This document shows positions 26,034 to 40,500 of a stretch of 64,000 nt of DNA, in pieces. The DNA comes from Eledone cirrhosa (lineage: Eukaryota), in the NCBI GenBank assembly GCA_964016885.1, contig OZ024744.1:4650001-4714000 (forward strand), given 5' to 3'. Positions within the stretch are counted from its first letter, which is position 1. Each line of letters begins with the position of its first letter. The position numbers and the translations under genes were made by a program. Below the pieces are notes generated by a model. The model was not told the DNA's origin and did not search any database. It saw nothing but the letters and a program-made list of their open reading frames with translations.

Positions 26034-27143
26034 TTATGACAATTCTATCGGGTGTGATAACCCGTTTAGTTTTGGTTTAAATTTGTTAAGGAATAGATTT
26101 TCTTTGTTTATTCTTTGTTGCTGTGTGAACGAATCTGAGCACTTGTAGAAGGGGAAGATTTTAAAGTTGGGTAGTGTCATTCCTGCGCAGTTCGCAATAT
26201 GGCTGCTCAGCAGGATTTTTCTTGTGTTAGCGTCCCGGATTTGTTGGCGGTGGATGGTCATTCTTTTGCGTAATGAGGTGCCCGTCTGTCTTATGTAGTT
26301 GTGTTTGCACCCACCGCAAGGTATTGCGTAAATCAAGTTCTCCGAGTTGCAGGTGAAATTGTTTTTTACTGTAAATGTTTGGCCATCTTTGAACGTAAAT
26401 GTTTGTCCTTCAGTGAGGTAGAGGCACGTTCCACAGTTTGTTCTACCACATTTGGTAACTGTAGGGTTGAGGATTGGTTTGGGTATATTTGGTCCAGTGA
26501 GAATGCGTTTAAGTGATGTGGGTTGTCTTTTACTTTTAAGGATCTTGTGTGTTTCAAGAATAGACTTCATTTTTACATCTTTAAGTAGGATGGGGAGGTT
26601 TTTGTGTAGGTGATCAAACATTTCGGTATTTCTGGGGTTGAAAGTGGATACATATGGCAGGGTGTTGAGTGTGGTTTTCTGTTTTGGATTGTTAAGTTGA
26701 TGGGGATTTAGGTGTTTTGCCCTGTCTATTCCATTGTTGATTATTTCAAGTGGAAAGGCTCTTAAGATAAGGGTGTCTTTTAGTTCCTTTAGTCTTTGCT
26801 CCCGTTTAGGTGGATCTGATACTATGGTACATATACGTTTGGCCAAATTGTAAAGAATGTTAAGTGTTGTATGTTTTGGGTGACTTGATGTGAAAAAGAG
26901 GTATTGCTTGGAATCTGTGGGTTTATAGAATATATCTGTATCTAATTGCCCGTCTATTACAGAGATGAGAATATCCAAGAAGGCTAATTCCTTAGGATTG
27001 GATTCCATTGTGAATTGTATGTTATTATCTATGTTGTTTATCATGTTTTTAAACGTAGTAAGTGAGTTCATGTCTTCTTGCCATAGGATAAAGCAGTTGT
27101 CTAGATATCTTTTCCAATTGGCTTTGAGGTGTGTGTGGAAAGA
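26034..27143 (-). pseudogene. Penelope RT / GIY-YIG fragment (left arm, mirror copy)
   Basis: Same motifs as the right arm, with YIG changed to YIR and a frameshifted, extended C-terminus. Confidence 0.9.
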
Positions 27144-27144
27144 C

Positions 27145-28233
27145 TCTTTCCACACACACCTCAAAGCCAATTGGAAAAGATATCTAGACAACTGCTTTAT
27201 CCTATGGCAAGAAGACATGAACTCACTTACTACGTTTAAAAACATGATAAACAACATAGATAATAACATACAATTCACATTGGAATCCAATCCTAAGGAA
27301 TTATCCTTCTTGGATATTCTCATCTCTGTAATAGACGGGAAATTAGATACAGATATATTCTATAAACCCACAGATTCCAAGCAATACCTCTTTTTCACAT
27401 CAAGTCACCCAAAACATACAACACTTAACATTCCTTACAATTTGGCCAAACGTATATGTACCATAGTATCAGATCCACCTAAACAGGAGCAAAGACTAAA
27501 GGAACTAAAAGACACCCTTATCTTAAGAGTCTTTCCACTTGAAATAATCAACAATGGAATAGACAGGGCAAAACACCTAAATCCCCATCAACTTAACAAT
27601 CCAAAACAGAAAACCACACTCAACACCCTGCCATATGTATCCACTTTCAACCCCAGAAATACCGAAATGTTTGATCACCTACACAAAAACCTCCCCATCC
27701 TACTTAAAGATGTAAAAATGAAGTCTATTCTTGAAACACACAAGATCCTTAAAATTAAAAGACAACCCAAATCACTTAAACGCATTCTCACTGGACCAAA
27801 TATACCCAAACCAATCCTCAACCCTACAGTTACCAAATGTGGTAGAACAAACTGTGGAACGTGCCTCTACCTCACTGAAGGACAAACATTTACATTCAAA
27901 GATGGCCAAACATTTATAGTAAAAAACAATTTCACCTGCAACTCGGAGAACTTGATTTACGCAATAACTTGCGGTGGGTGCAAACACAACTACATAGGAC
28001 AGACGGGCACCTCATTACGCAAAAGAATGACCATCCACCGCCAACAAATCCGGGGCGCTAACACAAGAAAAATCCCCTTGAGCAGCCATATTGCGAACTG
28101 CGCAGGAATGACACTACCCAACTTTAAAATCTTCCCCTTCTACAAGTGCTCAGATTCGTTCACACAGCAACAAAGAATAAACAAAGAAAATCTATTCCTT
28201 AACAAATTTAAACCAAAACTAAACGGGTTATAA
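27145..28233 (+). pseudogene. Penelope RT C-terminal part, Zn-finger linker and GIY-YIG endonuclease (right arm)
   Basis: WKRYLDNCFILW (YxDD changed to YLDN), SFLDILI, DIFYKPTD, CGRTNCGTC, NLIYAITCGGCKHNYIGQTGTSLRKRMTIH. Confidence 0.9.
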
Positions 28234-28845
28234 CCCCAATAGAATTGTCATAAAATATAAACACACATACGCACGGAATAACTACTATTAAAGACCAGAG
28301 ACCAATTCTGTAGAATCAGGTTTATTCATTGACGGACCATGCCTTTGTGTGACCAACACATCCATGTTAAACCCTGCACGTGCACACACATATATCTATA
28401 TATATATGCGCACACAGAATTCACCACTGTCGGTTGCGGGGCCCAATCTACATGAAGAACTCAATGTGATCAGAATGACTTGTATTTTAATTTCACTGCC
28501 CCAACTTCTTATATTATGGAAAAAATATATGTCTGTATGTATATATATATATATATATTTGGAGGCCATTTCTCTGTGTGTGGGTGTATGTATGTGTATA
28601 TGTGTGTGTGTGGGTGTGTGCATGTGGATGTATGTATTGTGTGTGCGTGTGTGTGTGTGTGTATGTATGTGGGTATCTGGATGTATGCGTATGTGTATAT
28701 ATATATATATATATGCGTGTGTGTGTGTGTGTGTATATATATGTGTGTGTATGTGTGGATATATATATGTGTGTGTGTGTATGTTTGTATGTGTGTATCT
28801 ATATATATATGTGTGCGTGTGTGTGTGTATGTATGTGTGGGGGTG

Positions 28846-28878
<33 letters not shown>

Positions 28879-28879
28879 G

Positions 28880-28914
<35 letters not shown>

Positions 28915-28957
28915 ATGTATGTGTGTATCTGGATGTATGTGTATGTATATATATATA

Positions 28958-28988
<31 letters not shown>

Positions 28989-29444
28989 GTGTGTGTGTAT
29001 GTGTATATATGTGTGTGTGTATGTGTGTATGTATGTGTATGTGTGTGTGTATGTATGTGTGTATATGTATATATATATATATATGTATATGTATATGTAT
29101 ATGTATGTATGTGTGGATGAAGGTATGTGTGTATATATAGGTGTAAGTGCACTAAATCCCTTTCTATCACGCTCCACTCTCCTACCCACCACAGGAAGAT
29201 ATGTGTATGTATATTGCTTCCACCCCCTCACTGACCAGCAGCTGGCCAGTTGGTGATTGCTAAATCTGACCTTTATAAAATAACCCACACCCCAAATATT
29301 CACTACCAGAAAGGGACACAGCAGTCAACCTGTTGTTGCTACCTAGATGAAAACTGCTATGAAAATCCCACAATGAATTTTATACTTGAATTTTCAAGTC
29401 TCAAATTTTAACTCTTCGTATTATTAATTTTTCTTAATATTAAT

Positions 29445-29494
29445 CAACATTTGAAAAGATGGCTTTTGCAGACCCATCGAAACCGGTCGTTTGT
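29445..29494 (+). ncRNA. Minimal hammerhead ribozyme, U3-A8 core variant (right-arm pLTR)
   Basis: CAACAU-UUGAAAA-GAUGG...CCAUC-GAAA-CCGG-UC. The C3:G8 pair is replaced by U3:A8, and stem III is palindromic. Confidence 0.6.
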
Positions 29495-29949
29495 TATACC
29501 CTTTATTATTTCCTTACCTTATAAAATTATGTTTTTTCACAAAAAAGTATTCTGTCTCTTATATATTCGATGTGCCATTACCAACCTCAATTTTCTCTCT
29601 CTCTATATATATATACATAATTTCATTTGAGTTTCTGTGAAAGATAGCATAAACACCATTCCACACTCTCCTACTTTCATCAACATCAATCACCAGAGTG
29701 AGTGAATGGGAGGGGTTGTGAGAGTAGATAGAAAGAGAGAGGGAGCGAGAGATAGATTGAAAGAGAAGGGAGTCGAGATATCGACAAATGGAAGATAAAA
29801 TTCATTAAGACTTCCACACATTTTAAATATATTTATAAATTTATTTATTTATTTTAAAATTCACTGTGTTAGATTATGTATGAAACATTATGTAAAGAAT
29901 AAATAATGTTGATAACTGTGTTTTGTTTGTTCATCATTTTCTGTTTATA

Positions 29950-29991
<42 letters not shown>

Positions 29992-29997
<6 letters not shown>

Positions 29998-31407
29998 TTC
30001 AAAATATTAACAAAATAGATATTCTTGTGATCAATTATATTTTATTATACATATTTCAGAGGTACTGAGTTAAGTTCAACAGTACGTCCTCATCAGATAA
30101 ACTAAGATGATGCATGACATACCCTGACATAGTAGATGGTTAAGATTCAGTCATGGTAGTGATTAACTTATGACAAGACTCACTATTTATACACTAATAT
30201 TGAGAACATGAGATAACATAATACAAACAATAGAAGGGGTGCGTCTAATAGAGCTTAAGAAATACATGGCATCAATATAACAGTTATAACATTTTTTATT
30301 TTTAAAAACTACTGCAGAAAGAGGAGGGAAAGGAAAGCATAGAGGAAGAAACAGGTGATGTGATACTATATTTAGTAGGTGACTTGAACAATATTTTCAG
30401 TAACTTATTTACTATATTGCATTATTGCATTATTGTATTATATTATATTATATATATTTGAAAGGTATCACCTCAATTATAAACAAATAATAAACTATAA
30501 TCTTTGCATTTTTTTATCAACACATATATATAATTAAAAATTCGGACTCTTTAAATTTAGTTTTAAGGCCGGTTGATACTCTAGGCACTCAAACTATTTA
30601 ACAATAAATTCTTTAATAATTATAACTATAATTATTTTATAAATTATATTATATAAACTGTTGTCAATATTATAAATAATGTTGGTAAAGATTACCTTCG
30701 TGAAGATATGAAAGCATTATATATATATTTTCTTTCTCGTGTTTCGTAAATCCTTTCAATTTATTTTCATAAAATTTGAATTTTAGAAATTAAACATAAT
30801 TAGAATATTAATACAAATACCTATTAACTTTTAAAACCTAAAATATTATTCATTACTCTGAAATAACTTAAATTAAATATTTTGAAAATTAACCGTCAAC
30901 GATATTAATTTGGACATGTGTTGCATATATGGAAATCTATATAAACTTGAACATAAATTACTCCCCTTTGTCTTTCTCTCTCTCTCTTTAATCATCTTTC
31001 ATCTGTTTTTTCAAGCCACCTACTAAATATATTATCACATCAGCTGTTTCTTCCTCTATGCTTTCCTTTCCCTCCTCTTTCTCCAGTAGTTTTTAAAAAT
31101 AAAAAAATGTATAACTGTTATATTGATGCCATGTATTACTTAAGCTCTATTACACGCACCCTCTCTATTGTTTATATTATGTTATCTCATGTTCTCAATA
31201 TTAGGTGATACATATTGAGTTTTGTCATAAGTTAATCACTACCATGACTGAATCTTAACCATCTACTATGTCAGGGTATGTCATGCATCATCTTATTTTA
31301 TATGATGAGGACGTACTGTTGAACTTAACTCAGTACCTCTGAAATATGTATAATAAAATATAATTGATCACCAGAATATCTATTTTGTTAATATTTTGAA
31401 CTAATAT
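29992..31407. repeat. Long inverted repeat, ~400-bp arms (29992-30389 / 31009-31407) around a ~620-bp AT-rich spacer; foldback or MITE-like
   Basis: ttcaaaatattaacaaaatagatattc...gaggtactgagttaagttcaacagtacgtcctcatc...gaggagggaaaggaaagcatagaggaagaaacag and its reverse complement. About 90% identical by eye. Confidence 0.9.
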
Positions 31408-31499
31408 TAATAACTCTGGAAAACCTCACTCTTGAGTGCTTCCAATCTAGTGTAAAACTCATTCTTTGATGTATTCATTGAATCTTGTTTAACTTGAAA

Positions 31500-31539
<40 letters not shown>

Positions 31540-31605
31540 TTTTTTTTTAAGTTACGACAGTAAACAAAACAACAAAACGTGGAAGCGAAGAGGCAGTACA
31601 AATGT

Positions 31606-31795
31606 TGGTGAATTGGCAGTATCGGTAGAGGGTTGGACGCCATGCTTTCTAGCATAGTTACATCCCTTTACGATCTGAGTTCAAATTCCGGTGAGGTTGA
31701 CTTTGCCTTTCATCCTTACGGGGTCGATAAAATAAAGTACCAGTAATGTACTGGATAATTGCTGGCCTTGTGCCTAAAGTAGAAACAATTATTAG
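31606..31795 (+). mobile_element. tRNA-derived SINE of the type abundant in Octopus genomes
   Basis: A-box-like tggcagtatcgg and B-box gagttcaaattcc, with body gactttgcctttcatcct..cggggtcgataaaataaagtaccagt and tail gctggccttgtgcc..gaaacaattatt. Confidence 0.85.
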
Positions 31796-31804
31796 TTTCA
31801 CGCT

Positions 31805-32662
31805 TGAGAGTGGGGGTTGGGGGACGACGTTTCGGGCATAATCCCTTCATCAGGAGAAACGTGGGCAGGAAGAGGGTTCCGAGAGTGTGTGGGGGAGTGA
31901 TGGAAAGATATTAAAAATATTAGTTAAAAAAAGGTGGGGCGAGAAACGGGAGGAAAAGGAATTTTTTGGAGAGTAAAAAAATTAAAATTAAAAGAAACAA
32001 GTGGTGAAAGGGTGTGAGGCGTGTAGGGGTGGTGGTGGGTGGAGGCGTAGAGAGGGAGTGTATGTGTGATGGTGTGTTGGGAGGGGAGTAATATTAGTGG
32101 AGGGGTCGAATGCTAAACGAAGGGGGTGGCGAGTTCAGGCCGGGGGGTATGTGGGTCTGTAGCGTGAAGATGGTGTGTTGCACGACTGTGAGGCGGGTGG
32201 CGGGGTTCCCATGGCAGGTCGCAGACTGTGAGGTGGTGGGCGGAATGTCCAGGGGAACCAAAGTGGCGGGCGATGAGGGAACTCCCGTCGAGACGGATAT
32301 CTCCAAGGTGCTCCGTGAACCTATCCGCCAGGCGACGTCCAGTGTGTCTGACGTAGGTTGCGCTGCACTCTGTGTAGCGAAGTCCATAGACGAGGTTAGA
32401 GGAGGTGCAGCGGAATGCATGCCGGACAGAGAAAGAGCGGCCGTTGGGACCCTGGAAGGTGGTGGTGTTGGTGATGTGGGGGGGGAGGTGTGGCAACGAG
32501 GTCTGGAGCAGGGAAGGGAACCGGGGGGCGGGTGTGCTAGAGAGCTGTGGACGAGGAGGGAGCGGAGATTACGCGCGTGTTTGAAGGATGGGAGGGGTGG
32601 GAATAGGAAGATGGTGGAGGTGGAGAGGTCGGACTGGAGGCGTCGGAAGAGGCGGAGCATAG
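31805..32662 (-). mobile_element. 3' fragment of a Penelope-like element (GIY-YIG plus pLTR)
   Basis: PPLPSFKHARNLRSLLVHS, CSRPRCHT and FRCTSSNLVYGLRYTECSATYVRHTGRRLADRFTEHL (frameshifted). A hammerhead lies downstream. Confidence 0.85.
31821..31858 (-). ncRNA. Minimal hammerhead ribozyme (Penelope pLTR)
   Basis: Minus strand CUGAUGA-A-GGG-AUUAUG-CCC-GAAACGUC. Canonical core, weak stem I. Confidence 0.7.
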
Positions 32663-33435
32663 TGCGGTATATATATATATATATATTGGTTACTACTTAC
32701 ATGTACCACTGTTATGTCTGTCCCCCTCCTGTCGGTATGTTTTCTACTTTTTTTCTTTATTTCTCTCCTTTATTTTCCTTTTTTCTTTTTTTTCTTTATT
32801 TCTCTCTCTTCGCCATCACTTCTTTCCCTCGTGGCTTTTTGATAGATAAATGGCTATGGGCGTGCTACGGATAGATGTATTGTCTATAATGCGCTGAAAC
32901 ATCTGTGACACGTTGTAGACAACTGAGGAAGGGAAACTGTCTATCTCTTGTTTGTGTCGCCTTACTAACACGCGTTATCAGTAACCACACAGCAACATCT
33001 CTCTCAATCCATATTTTTGTATTTACTGCTGTTACCTCCTCTCCACCCTCTCTATCTCGCTTGGTTTGTTGTTCCTGGTCGGACTTATATCCTATCACTC
33101 TTTTGGATCAACTCCTTCTCTCTCTCTCCCTCTCTCTCTCTCACTCACTCTCTCTTTCTCTCCCCCTCCCCCTCTCCCTTTCTCTCTATCGATCTCTCTT
33201 GTTTATTAGTTCTGGTTAGACTTGCGTTGTCTCACCCTGGATTAACTTCCTTTCCCTCCTCCTCCTTCTCTCTCTATATCCTTCGTACTCACGACTTCTG
33301 CCTTTTACCCCTCTTTCCCTTCCGGTCCCTCTGTCTTTCTCTATTTGCGTTTGCTTTCACCGAGAATAGATGTGTCTACCATGCTCCACTGTTAATATGG
33401 AACACACTTTCGATGTATATAGGTAAATATATCTT

Positions 33436-34300
33436 ACATTGGCTCCCTACCTTTTTATCATCGTAGTGGACTATTGTATGTGCCTTGCACTGGAGAAACA
33501 CCAGGACTCTGGCTTTACTGTAGCACCGGCTCAGAGCAGGAGAGTTAGGGCGAAAAAGGTATCGGATGCTGAATTTGCCGACGACATAGTTTCGGTGACA
33601 AATACAGTGAAGGAGGCAGAGGATTTGATGCAGGAGGTTGAGACTGTGTCGATGAGTGTGGGGCTGAGAATGAATGAGACTAAAGCAAATATCTGGTAGA
33701 GAATGTTGAGAAACCAGAGGGGATTACTAAAGTAGGCGGGAAGCCGCTGGAATTGGTTGAGGACTTCCTGTATTTGGGAGCAAATATTGGGAATACAGAA
33801 GATGATGTGGTTGAGAGGAAGAGCAAAGCCTGGGCGCCGTGCCACCGCTTGAAATCGGTGTGGAGTCGGACCTTCGTAAATACCTGAAAATCCGCTTCTT
33901 CATTGCTGTAGTGGAGTCTGTGCTGCTGTACGCGTCTGAGACTTGGACACTGACCAAGAAACTCACTCAGATGGTGGATGGGTGCTACACGAGAATACTG
34001 AGGATGGCTCTGAACATTAATCAGTATACACTGAGGATGAAAAACTCAGAGATGTATGGGAGCCTCCCAAAAGTCAGATCAAAAGTGACACAGAGGAGAC
34101 TGACGTTAGCTGGATATGCTCACCGACATCCAGAGTTGACACCGAACATGGACACACTGGAAGTGGAAGACCTACGCTAACCTATGTTGATGCTCTAAGG
34201 ACAGACACTGGTCTGTTGGAGACGCAGGACATAGCAGCGATAATGATGGACAGAGGCCGCTGGAGAGAACTCGTTCATGGATCTCGGGAATTTTACCCGC
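33436..34300 (+). mobile_element. 5'-truncated RTE-type LINE RT fragment
   Basis: LAPYLFIIVVDY, DAEFADDI, GLRMNETK, VEDFLYLG, ESVLLYASETWTLTKK, DGCYTRILRMAL, QRRLTLAGYAHRH, GRPTLTYVDAL. Frameshifted. Confidence 0.9.
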
Positions 34301-34574
34301 CCTCAAAAAGAGAATATCTTAACGAAAACACACACATATATATAAATACACACGTACATACACACAGACACACACAGAGACTCACACACAAAAATATACA
34401 AACGCTAACAGAGACATTCCGACCAGAACATTCCAGAACAGACCTTCTGAGTACCAAGTCCCAAAGAGGAAAAAACAATATTGACATGAGAAGGTGTATG
34501 TTATAGATATTTACACAAACAAATGTTCCACAATATTCAAGGTAAACAAAACAAAGGCTTCATCAAAGTCAGAT

Positions 34575-37500
34575 ACACGACAGCCTACTACAATATATCA
34601 CATTCAAACTACACTATATTACATCACACTACAATATACCACACTACACTAAACTATATCACATCACAGTACAATATACCATTCCACGTTATAATATATC
34701 ACATCACACTAAACCATGCCACACCATATTACAATATATCACACCACACTTCAATATACCACACTACATTATAGCACATCACACTACAATATACAAAACC
34801 ACAATATATCACACAACACTACAATATATCATACGGCCCTACACTAAACCACACAATACTAGATTATATCACACCACACTACAATATACCACACAAAACT
34901 ACAATATACCATATAACACTACAATATACCACAGACCACTACATTATACCACACGACACTTCTATATACCACATCACACTACACTATACAGCACCAGGAT
35001 ACAATATAATACACAACACTACGCTATAACACACCACACTACACTTTATAACACACCCACTACAATACACTACACCACACTACAATATACCACACCGCAC
35101 TGCAATATACCACACCACATTACAATATGTCCCACCACACTACAATATACCACTCCACACTACACTATATCGAAACCACACTACACTATACCACACCACA
35201 CAACAATATATCACACCACACTACACTATATCACACCGCACTACAATATACCACACAATAATATAGCACACCACACTACAATATACAACACCACACTACA
35301 ATATGCCACACTACAATACACCAGACCACAATACATTATTTAACATCACACTACACTATCCCACACCACACTACAATATACCACCCTAAAGTACAGTATA
35401 CCATACACCACTACACTATATCACAGCACACTACAATATATCTCACAACAATACAATATACCACTCCACATTATAATACATCACACCACACTACAATATA
35501 TCACAACACACTACAATATACCACACTACAGTATATCACATAACACTACAATATACAACACTACACTATATTACAAGCTACTACAATATATCACATCACA
35601 CTACACTATATCACTTCACTCTACAATATATCACACGGTACTAAAATATACGACACCACACTACAATATAACACACAATACTAGAATATATCACACCACA
35701 CTACAATATACCACAGCACACTACAATATACCATATCACACTACAATATACCACACCACACTACATTATACCACACCACACTATTATATACCACATCCCA
35801 CTGCACTAGACCGCACAAGGATACAATATACTACACAGCGCTACGCTATACCAGACGGACACTACACTATATCACACTACTATATATCACACCACACTAC
35901 AGTTTATCACACCACACTACAATATACCAAACCACACTAAACTTTATCACACACCACTACAATATACTACACCACACTACAATATACCACACCACACTAT
36001 AATATACCACACCACATTACAATATATCCCACCACTCTACAATATACCAATCCACACTACACTATATCAAACTACACAACAGTATACCGCAACACACTAC
36101 AATATATCACACTACACTACACCATATCACACCATATTACAATATATCACACCACATTACAATATATCACACTACACTACAATATATCACACCACACTAC
36201 ACTATATCACGCCACACTACAGTATACCACACTAAACTACACTATATCACACCACACTACACCATATCACACCGTACTACCAATTACCACACCTCACTAC
36301 AATATGCCACACCACAATACAATATACCACACCACATTACAATATATAAAACCACACAACAATACATCACAACACAGTACAGTATACTACACCGCACTAC
36401 AACATACCACACCACATTAGAATATATCACACCACACTACAATATATCCCATCACACTATACCACACCACACTACAAAATAGTATAACACACTACACTAT
36501 ACCTCGCCACACTACAATATATCTGGCCAGACTGCACTATATCTATATCTGGCCACACTGCACTATATCGCACCACACTACAATATACCACATCACATTA
36601 CAATATACCACATCACACTACAATATAGCACACCACACGACAATATATCACACTACTATATATCACACCACACTACTGTATATCACACCACACTACACTA
36701 TACCACACCACACTACCATATATCACACCACACTACTCTATACCACACCACTCTACACTATATTACACTACACTACACTATATCACAAGACACTACAATA
36801 TACCCCACCACACTAAACTACATTACACTTCACTACAATATACCACACCACACTACCATATATCAAACAACACTACACTATACCACACCACAGTACAATA
36901 TATCACACCACACTACAATATCCACACCACACTACAATATATCACACCTCACTACAATATACCACACTACACTATATCACAACCTACTATAATATATCAC
37001 GTGCCAACTACATTATATCACATCACACTCCAATATATCACACCACACTACACTATATCACACCTCACTAAAAGATACCACACCACACTACAATATATCA
37101 CATCACGCTACAAAATGTCACACCACACTACCTTATACCACACCACACTACCATATGCCATGTCACACTACACTATGCCACACCACACTACACTATACCA
37201 GCCAACACTGGGATATGTCACACCACACTACTCTTTATCACACCAGACTACAATATACTACACCACACTACAATATACCACTCCACACTACACTATATCG
37301 AAATCACACTACACCATACCACACCACTCTACAATATATCACACCACACTTCATTATATCACACCACACTAAAATATACCACACCACACTACAATATAGC
37401 ACACCACACTACACTACATTATATCACACCACACTACAATATACTACACCACACTACAATATACCACACTACAACATACCAGACCACAATACATTATTTC

Positions 37501-40500
37501 ACATCACAATACACTATCCCACGCCACACTACAATATACCACACCAACGTACAGTATACCACACAGCACTACAGTATATCACACCACTCTACAATATATT
37601 TCATCACAATACACTATACCACTCCACATTATAATACATCACACCAAACTACATTATTTCACATCACACTACTCTATCCCACATCACACTAAAATATAGC
37701 ACACTACACTAGTATATACCACAGCACACTATACCAGACTACAATATATGACATCACACTATTATATACCACCCCTCACTAGATTATACCACACCAGGAT
37801 ACAATATACTACACAGCAATACGCTATACCACACCACACTACAATTTATCACACCCCACTACAATATACTACACCACACTACAACATACCACACCACGCT
37901 ACAATATACCACACTCATTTAAATATAGCCCACCACACTACAATATACCACTCCGCACTACACTATATCAAACTAGACTACAATATACCACACCACACTA
38001 CAATATATCACACCACGAAATACTATATTACACTACACTACAATATATCACATCACACTACACTATTTCATACCACACTACAATATATAAAACCACACTA
38101 CAATATATCACACCAAACTACAGTATACTACACCACACTATATTATACCACACCACACTAGACTATACCACACCACACTACAATATCCCACCACACTATG
38201 CCATACCACAATTACAATGTATCACCCTACACTACAATATATAACACCACACTTCACTATATCACACCACACCACAATATACCACATCACACTACAATAT
38301 ACAACACCACACAACACTATATCACACTACTATATATCACACCATACTACAGTATATCACACCACACTACAATGTATAACACCACACTACAGTATATCAG
38401 ACCACACTACACTCTACCACACCATACTACCATATATCACACCAAACTACATTATACCACACAACACTACACTATATTACACTACACTACACTATATCAC
38501 ATCACACTACAATATACCACACCACACTACGCTATATCGCACTACACTACAATATACCACACCACACTACCATATATCAATCTACACTACACTATATCAT
38601 ACCACACTACAATATATCACACTTCACTATATCACAACCTACTACAATATATCACATCACACTAAAAAATCTCACACCACACTACAATATACCACACTAC
38701 AATATTCCACACCACACTACAATATACCGAACAGTACTAGACTCTATCACACCACACTACAATATACCACAGCACACTACATTATACTAGACCACACTAG
38801 TATATACCACATCACAATATACTATACCGCACCAGGACACAATATACTACACAGCACTACGCTATACCACATCACACTACACTTTATCACACCCAACTAC
38901 AATATACTACACAACACTACAATATACCACACCACACTACAATATACCACACCACATTACAATATATCCCACCACACTACAATATACCACTGCTCACTAC
39001 ACTATATCAAACTACACTACTGTATACCACACCACACTACAATATATCAGACAAAACTACACTATATCACACCACACTACACTATATCACACCACACTAC
39101 AACATATAACACCACACTGCACTATATCACACCACACTATAATATACCACATCACACTACAATATACCGCATCACACTACGATATACCACACCACACAAC
39201 ACTATATCACACTACTATATATCACACAACACTACAGTAAATCACACCACACTTAAATATATAACACCACACTACACTATACCACACCACACTACACTAT
39301 ACCACACCACACTACACTATATTACACTACACTACACTATATCACAACGCACTATAATATCCATACCACACTACAATATATCACATAACACTAAACTATA
39401 CCACACTACACTAGATCACAAACTACTACAATATATCACATCACACTATATTTATATCACATCACACTCCAACATATCACACCACACTACATTATATCAC
39501 ACCACACTACAAGATACCACACCGCACTACAATATATCACATCACACTACAAAATGTCACATCATACTACATTATACCACACCACTCTACAATATAACAC
39601 ATCACACTACACTATTCCACACCACACTACAATATACCAGACAACACTGAGCTATGCTCCACCACACTACTCTTTATCACACCAGACTACAATATACTAC
39701 ACCACACTACAATATATCACACCACACTACACTATCCCACACCACACTACAATATACCACACCAAAGTATAGTATACCACACAACACTACACTATATCAC
39801 ACCACACAATAATATAGCACACCACACTAAAATATACTACACCACACTACAATATACCACACTACAACATACCTGACCACAATACATTATTCCACATCAC
39901 ACTACACTATCCCACACCACACTACAATATACCACACCAAATACAGTATACCACACAACACTACACTATATCAAACCACACTACAATATATCTCACCACA
40001 ATAAAATATACCACTCCACATTATAATACATCACACCAAACTACATTATTTCACATCACACTACTCTATCCCACATCACACTACAATATAGCACACCAAA
40101 ATATTATATACCACAGCACTCTATACCAGACTACAATATATGACACCACACGACAATATACCACAGCACACTACATTATACCACACCACACTATTATATA
40201 CCACATCAAACTACACTATACCGCACCAGGATACAATACACTACACAGCAATACGCTATACCACACCACACTACAATGTATCACACCCCACTACAATATA
40301 CTACACCACACTACAATATACCACACCACACTACAATATACCACACTCATTACAATATATCCCACCACACTACAATATACCACTCCACACTACACTATAT
40401 CAAACTAGACTACAGTATACCACACCACGCTACAATATATCACACCACACTACAGTATATTACACCACACTACAATATATCCCACAACGCTACAATATAT

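Larger units (their letters stand above)
25027..29598. mobile_element. Fold-back (palindromic) 5'-truncated Penelope-like element: two divergent copies joined at a 1-nt spacer (27144)
   Basis: 25027-27143 is the reverse complement of 27145-29598 apart from scattered substitutions and microsatellite length. The centre reads ggaaaga-C-tctttcc. Flanked by (TA)n. Confidence 0.95.

Noticed and set aside
31606-31700. tRNA gene
   Set aside because: A and B boxes are present but there is no cloverleaf, and the sequence continues into a SINE body and tail.
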